Source: an uncultured virus (IMG/VR IMGVR_UViG_3300044631_002251)
Taxonomy: Duplodnaviria > Heunggongvirae > Uroviricota > Caudoviricetes
Virus record (IMG/VR): IMGVR_UViG_3300044631_002251
Direction: 5' to 3' (one strand)
DNA length: 64,000 bases
Part shown: positions 59,042-64,000 of the stretch, in pieces
Layout of the letters: each line of letters starts with the position of its first letter
Position numbering within the stretch: position 1 is the stretch's first letter
The notes under the pieces: generated by a model
Told to the model about the DNA's origin: nothing
The model's input: only the letters and a program-made list of their open reading frames with translations
The model's database searches: none
Made by a program: the position numbers and the translations under genes

Positions 59042-59447
59042 ATCTAAAGGGTTTACTCTTATAGAAATAGTATTGGCGACAGTGATATTATTATCATTGA
59101 TCACTGCACTTGTTATTAACTTTGATTCTTTTAATGGAAATAGATATCAAGAAGCGCGAGAGAATTTAAAAACCTTTCTAATAAATAAGCGTCATCAAGC
59201 AGCATACCATCAAAAAGATATTGAATTATCTTTTGATGAAGAATACACTATAAACTCTCTTGAGAATCCAGATGAACTCGCCGCAATAACTAACGATTTA
59301 AAAATTATAGAATCATCTGCAACAAAAATTGTTTTTTTTCTTGACGGGACGATAGAAGAAAGCTATATTATCACCAGTTCTAATGATGGAAAAGTAACTA
59401 ATACTTTTCGCATAAATGTCATTGGAAAAATAGACTACGACAAGTAA
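59031..59447 (+). CDS. Prepilin-type (type IV pilin/GspH-like) protein
   Basis: KG-FTLIE class III signal followed by a hydrophobic helix. Confidence 0.8.
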   Translation: MTGKSKGFTLIEIVLATVILLSLITALVINFDSFNGNRYQEARENLKTFLINKRHQAAYHQKDIELSFDEEYTINSLENPDELAAITNDLKIIESSATKIVFFLDGTIEESYIITSSNDGKVTNTFRINVIGKIDYDK

Positions 59448-59458
59448 AGTTATATTAT

Positions 59459-59833
59459 ATGAGTATGAAATTTACTCGTAAGGGATTCTTTAAATCTATA
59501 TTCGGCGGTTTTGTAGCGGCAGCAGCGACTCCATCTCTAATCAAAGCAGAAGAGAATATTCAACCGTCAAAAGATTTTTCACTTAATAATGGTAATCTTG
59601 GTATTGGAGGATCAGATAACGTTGGATTAGGAACTAGCACACCTAGGACTAAACTCCATGTTGAAGGTATTGTTTTTCATATTAATGATCGAATGCTAGA
59701 AATGGCAGGAGATGAGAATGGTGATTTTAAAATAAAATGGTTAAATCCGAAAGAAAACGAAACCGTTAACACCATCGTAATTCAAAAACCAAAGGATGAT
59801 CCGTGGAAGAGAGAGTTTATTACGATTCGTTAA
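59459..59833 (+). CDS. Protein with Tat-like signal peptide
   Basis: TRKGFFKS plus hydrophobic stretch; GNLGIG/NVGLGTSTP motif. Confidence 0.55.
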   Translation: MSMKFTRKGFFKSIFGGFVAAAATPSLIKAEENIQPSKDFSLNNGNLGIGGSDNVGLGTSTPRTKLHVEGIVFHINDRMLEMAGDENGDFKIKWLNPKENETVNTIVIQKPKDDPWKREFITIR

Positions 59834-59976
59834 GCACTGAAGAAATTAGTCAGGGCTGGCATTATTGTTATACTTGGAAAGGATTGCTAATTGGCCCCGG
59901 AAATCCTAAAATGGATAATTGTAAATGCAAGATAGACAAAAGAGCGCATAATACTCTAAAAAAGAAAAATGAATAA
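59803..59976 (+). CDS. 57-aa hypothetical protein (not in ORF track)
   Basis: GTG start; GWHYCYTWKGLLIGP...CKC. Confidence 0.5.
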   Translation: MEERVYYDSLSTEEISQGWHYCYTWKGLLIGPGNPKMDNCKCKIDKRAHNTLKKKNE

Positions 59977-60886
59977 AGTAGCATATATAATATTAGCTAT
60001 CAATCAAAAATATATAGAAATCGCCGAAATAACTTGTAAAAAACTTTTAGAGTACACTAATTATGATGTTGTTCTTTATTATGCCAACGGAAGCGTTGAA
60101 TCGCACTGCTCTCCAAGATTAAAAAAAATAAATTTGTGTAATTTTCATTTTGAATTTGATTATATTAAATTTTGGACTCCATTAAAACCTTTTATTATCA
60201 TAGAAGCTTTGAAAAGTTATGATACTGTTATAAGTTTAGACGCAGACATCCAAATAACACCAAATATAAATGAAATAGAAAAGTATCACAACCATGAAAA
60301 TCCAATTTTTACATCATATTGTGGTGGCCCTATATTTTTAATATGGTATCCACCTAATGGTGATCAAATTTGTATTGACTGGGTTCCAGATGCAGTTAAA
60401 AATCACATACCTTTTGAAAATAAAAATATACCAGTTCTATTTACTGGATTTTGCATTATAAATAAAAAACATGAATTAATTATTGATGAGTGGTATTTTA
60501 ATTGTAAAAAAATTTTAAATTTGACAGATCTTAATGAATTCAATGCTCAGAGTAAAGCGTGTATAAATGAAGAATCTATATTAAATGCGATAATTCGCAA
60601 ATATGATATAAAAACAAATCTTAATCCTAGATTCATTACAGCTTGCACAATCGAAGGGGTTTATGAAGCTTTTGATATGTTAAACAAAAAAATACCTTGG
60701 AATTCATCTGATTTAATTGAAGGGTATGGTTCAATAAAATTCTTATATTCTAAAGAACCAATGAATAATAATTTTAGTATAGTGCCTTCAGACGCTAAAC
60801 ATTTTTGGGGTTTTCATACTATAAAAGATAAGATAGATGTAATTGAAACTTATAAAATAATAGAAGACTTTTTTAATAAAATTTAA
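59969..60886 (+). CDS. Putative GT-A glycosyltransferase
   Basis: KP...SLDADI (DxD), FTGF, NEESILN motifs. Confidence 0.6.
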   Translation: MNKVAYIILAINQKYIEIAEITCKKLLEYTNYDVVLYYANGSVESHCSPRLKKINLCNFHFEFDYIKFWTPLKPFIIIEALKSYDTVISLDADIQITPNINEIEKYHNHENPIFTSYCGGPIFLIWYPPNGDQICIDWVPDAVKNHIPFENKNIPVLFTGFCIINKKHELIIDEWYFNCKKILNLTDLNEFNAQSKACINEESILNAIIRKYDIKTNLNPRFITACTIEGVYEAFDMLNKKIPWNSSDLIEGYGSIKFLYSKEPMNNNFSIVPSDAKHFWGFHTIKDKIDVIETYKIIEDFFNKI

Positions 60887-60887
60887 A

Positions 60888-61658
60888 ATGATATTCGATA
60901 GTCACAAGAAAAAAATAGTATTACTTTCTGATCTTCACAATAATATTAAGAAGTTCAATAAGATTATTCAACACGAATCGGCGGACATAAATATTTGTCT
61001 TGGCGATTGGTTTGATAGTTTTTATTTGGATGACAATGATGATTATAAAAAGACCGCTGATTATTTGATGCGATATCTATCCGCGCCAAATAACTATACT
61101 CTTTTTGGTAATCATGATTTGCATTATCTATTTAATAATCATTATACGATGTGTAGCGGTTATGAAGATAGAAAGTATTTTGCTATCGATGAAATGTTAG
61201 GATCTGAACGCAAAAACATCATTAATAAATTTAAATGGCGTTTTTGGGTTGATGGTATCCTTTGCACTCATGCAGGATTATTTCCTGATTATATAGATCC
61301 ATCTGTTAAAAATAACGATGATCTAAGTTTATTTCTTGTGAAAGAAGTGGAACGTGCAAATATCGCTTTAATAACAGATCAAAATCATTGGTTTTATTAT
61401 GCTGGCAGAAGCAGAGGTGGACCTAAAAAAGGTGGCGGAATTGTGTGGTTAGATTTCAAACAAGAGTTTCAGCCTATTGAAGGATTAAAACAAATTGTTG
61501 GTCACACTTATCATAAAAATGGTAGAGTTAATCCTCACCATTTAGACGGCAACGTGAATCCAGCAGATTGCGATAATCTTTGTATTGACAATGGACTAAA
61601 TGAGTATATAGTTATCAGCAACGGTAAGTTAGAAATTAAAAAATTTTTAGATATATGA
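60888..61658 (+). CDS. Calcineurin-like metallophosphoesterase
   Basis: SDLH, LGDWFD, GNHD, THAG, VGHT motifs. Confidence 0.9.
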   Translation: MIFDSHKKKIVLLSDLHNNIKKFNKIIQHESADINICLGDWFDSFYLDDNDDYKKTADYLMRYLSAPNNYTLFGNHDLHYLFNNHYTMCSGYEDRKYFAIDEMLGSERKNIINKFKWRFWVDGILCTHAGLFPDYIDPSVKNNDDLSLFLVKEVERANIALITDQNHWFYYAGRSRGGPKKGGGIVWLDFKQEFQPIEGLKQIVGHTYHKNGRVNPHHLDGNVNPADCDNLCIDNGLNEYIVISNGKLEIKKFLDI

Positions 61659-62344
61659 TTAACGATAAGAATGATAATAAAGTACAGTTAATTGGCTATT
61701 ACGGTAGCGATCAAGTTCATGCTTGTTCAGCTTGGACTTCTACAAGTAGAGATTTAAATGAAGATAAGATTAATAGAATTCCTAAACTTCTTAAAATGCT
61801 CGCTGATGCAGGTCATCACACACCTTTTGAAAAATCTTCTCTTCACTTCTTAGTTGATACAGATATTGCTAGTCACATTCATATTATAAAACACCGAGTT
61901 GGAACATCTGTTAATGGCGAATCCGCTCGTTATAAAGAAATTAAAGAAGATAAGTATTTGATTCCTGATGATTGGAAAAATATTGAAGTCACGAATAATC
62001 TTGACGTAAATAGTCAACTTAATTTTCCCGGCAAAAATTGGGCCGATGTGTTAGAAATGTATACGCAAGCTGGCAACAGATTATATCATGCCGCTCTGAA
62101 GGATCTTGAGCCTGTGCTTGGTCGCAAGCGAGCCAAGGAATCTGCTCGTTATTTCAAGACTTATAACTCTCAAATTCAGGCTGATGTTATGTTTAATTGG
62201 CGTTCTTTCTATCATTTCTTGAGTTTGCGTAACAAGCCTGACGCTCAAAAAGAGATTAGAGAAATTGCCGCCGAGATGTTGCGTCTAGTAAAGAATATTG
62301 AAGGTAATCCTTTTGAGCATACAATCGCCGCATTCGAACTATGA
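61655..62344 (+). CDS. thyX: Flavin-dependent thymidylate synthase
   Basis: GHHTPFE, KHR...S...ESARY, ESAR, LRN...AQKEIR motifs. Confidence 0.9.
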   Translation: MINDKNDNKVQLIGYYGSDQVHACSAWTSTSRDLNEDKINRIPKLLKMLADAGHHTPFEKSSLHFLVDTDIASHIHIIKHRVGTSVNGESARYKEIKEDKYLIPDDWKNIEVTNNLDVNSQLNFPGKNWADVLEMYTQAGNRLYHAALKDLEPVLGRKRAKESARYFKTYNSQIQADVMFNWRSFYHFLSLRNKPDAQKEIREIAAEMLRLVKNIEGNPFEHTIAAFEL

Positions 62345-62724
62345 TAAGTAAATATAATTTATTCCTTGATGACATTCGCATCCCAACCGATGTAACTTGG
62401 GCTAATGTACCAATCGATCAACATTATTCTGTTGTACGAAACTACAAGGAATTTGTAGATTTAATAACTCTTAGAGGAGTTCCCAAGTTCGTCTGCTACG
62501 ATCACGATCTAGCAGATTCTCATTATGGGCATGGATTAAATAACGATGATATTCCTTATGATTCTTATAAAGAAAAGACTGGATATGATTGCGCCAAATG
62601 GTTGGTAGCTTATTGTTTTTTTGAAAAGAATATCAAACATCCACCATATATTGTGCATAGTTTAAACCCTATCGGTAAAAAGAATATTGAATCTTATATA
62701 GAATCCTATAATAAAATACTATGA
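62341..62724 (+). CDS. Cyclic-phosphate-processing receiver-like domain protein
   Basis: LFLDDIR, YDHDL, TGYDCAKWL, VHSLNPIG motifs. Confidence 0.75.
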   Translation: MISKYNLFLDDIRIPTDVTWANVPIDQHYSVVRNYKEFVDLITLRGVPKFVCYDHDLADSHYGHGLNNDDIPYDSYKEKTGYDCAKWLVAYCFFEKNIKHPPYIVHSLNPIGKKNIESYIESYNKIL

Positions 62725-63389
62725 GCTATCAAACTGAATTTGATTTCGAAACGCCAGAACAAAAAGAAAAACGCCTTAAACATTGGCATGATCAAGAAGC
62801 CGAATTAAATAAGTTGTTTCCAGAAGATAATAATTATTATACATATAATAAATATGTAGACAAACTTATTGATCTTCTGCCTTATCGACTTGGATGGGGC
62901 TTCAAACATAATTGGTGTGAATTGCGTTGGTGGGCAAAGTGCAAATATCAGAAATTTCGCTATGGAGTTTCTGACGATGATGTTTTTTCTTTAGAAACTA
63001 ATATTGCTAAGTTTATTGTTCCTCGTTTGCAATATCTTAAAAAGGTGGGCAAAATGGGTATTCCAATGAAATTTTTGCCTAATGACTATACTTCTTTGTC
63101 AGAAGAAGATCAGCGAAAAGCGGAAAAAATCGCCGAAAAAGAAATTGACCGTATCATGGATGAAATTATTTTTGCTTTTGATTATATTATTGATCCTGAC
63201 AAGTATGCACCTTTTCCACAATCGTTAACAAAATGGGATCTTAAAGATAGAAACTATTTCAACAGAGAAAAGACTATCGAAGAAAAAGCAGGTTGGGATG
63301 AATACATGAAAAAATGCGAAGAATTGAATGCTCGCAAGAAACAAGGTTTGCTATTATTTGTGGAACACATGGATATTTTGTGGATCTAA
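62721..63389 (+). CDS. Hypothetical phage protein
   Basis: PRLQYL...GIP...DEIIFAF...GLLLF pattern. Confidence 0.6.
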   Translation: MSYQTEFDFETPEQKEKRLKHWHDQEAELNKLFPEDNNYYTYNKYVDKLIDLLPYRLGWGFKHNWCELRWWAKCKYQKFRYGVSDDDVFSLETNIAKFIVPRLQYLKKVGKMGIPMKFLPNDYTSLSEEDQRKAEKIAEKEIDRIMDEIIFAFDYIIDPDKYAPFPQSLTKWDLKDRNYFNREKTIEEKAGWDEYMKKCEELNARKKQGLLLFVEHMDILWI

Positions 63390-63728
63390 ATGAAATTATT
63401 TTTAGCAATTTTGTTGCTTAGTTTGGTATATGTAGTTGGTTGGTATCAGATTCATGGACAATTCTTATCCGAATGGTTCAAGAAGTATGAATACTATCTA
63501 ATATTTATTAGCGTACCAACTACACTAATATCAATTCGCGCCATCAAATTAATTAACGAACATTTTAATGGTTTGATTTGGCCCAACAGAATATTAACTT
63601 TTACTATAGGTATAATATTATTTACATTTTTAACTTCTTTTCATTTTGGTGAAAAATTAAGTTTAAAAACGTTGACATTATTATGTCTGTGCGGTATTAT
63701 AGTTACACTTCAAGTGATTTGGAAATGA
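63390..63728 (+). CDS. Small multi-pass membrane protein (DMT-like)
   Basis: About four hydrophobic segments, FGEKLS. Confidence 0.55.
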   Translation: MKLFLAILLLSLVYVVGWYQIHGQFLSEWFKKYEYYLIFISVPTTLISIRAIKLINEHFNGLIWPNRILTFTIGIILFTFLTSFHFGEKLSLKTLTLLCLCGIIVTLQVIWK

Positions 63729-63919
63729 AATTTACACCTCAACAAATCGAACTTTTAATCAAGACTCGCGATGAAATTAGAGATCTAACTGAAAAGCAGC
63801 ATAAGTTATACGATAATCTTGTTAAAGAATTAAACGTAACAGTTTATGCCGAAGATTGGTTGTTTGATTACATTTATAATGAGTGCGGCAGCATAGAAGA
63901 TTTAGAAAATAGAATATAA
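63725..63919 (+). CDS. Hypothetical protein
   Basis: ATGA overlap at 63725. Confidence 0.55.
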   Translation: MKFTPQQIELLIKTRDEIRDLTEKQHKLYDNLVKELNVTVYAEDWLFDYIYNECGSIEDLENRI

Positions 63920-64000
63920 TTGTTTCATTTATAAAACGGTATACTGTACAGTGTTTTATATAAAAAACGTTATGAATCATCAACCAAATTATTATTTAAC

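Noticed and set aside
1..64000. Eukaryotic giant virus or cellular origin; retron/DGR
   Set aside because: Bacterial promoters, terminators, DnaE, sigma factor, rII and tail fibre indicate a bacteriophage; no reverse transcriptase found

Overview
64-kb AT-rich segment of a large tailed bacteriophage genome (jumbo-phage-like gene content, standard genetic code). It is not a cellular chromosome: there are no ribosomal or housekeeping operons. In order it holds: the 3' end of a Ser/Thr/Gly-repeat tail fibre with an S74 chaperone; a tail-tube-like gene; a short minus-strand block (Hsp20, GT4, sigma factor, dNMP kinase); an ~11-kb glycan cluster (GT4/25/11/10, DdhC, RmlB-like, split ThDP enzyme, Gmd/ColD/ColC); a class II RNR; putative head-associated proteins; a replication module (RecA, DnaB, primase, PD-(D/E)XK nuclease, DnaE split into PHP/exonuclease/catalytic genes); a ClpC-like ATPase; a tubulin/FtsZ homologue; dUTPase; three tRNAs, one an unusual Ser(ACT); a candidate lysis/envelope cassette; a porin-like gene; dCMP deaminase; UvsE; rIIA/rIIB; a C5 methyltransferase; HNH nucleases; a prepilin-like gene; and ThyX. 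Three promoter classes are visible: sigma70-like, a sigma54 site at hsp20, and a recurrent GTGTAA-N8-ATG motif. All product calls come from motif recognition by eye, not database searches.
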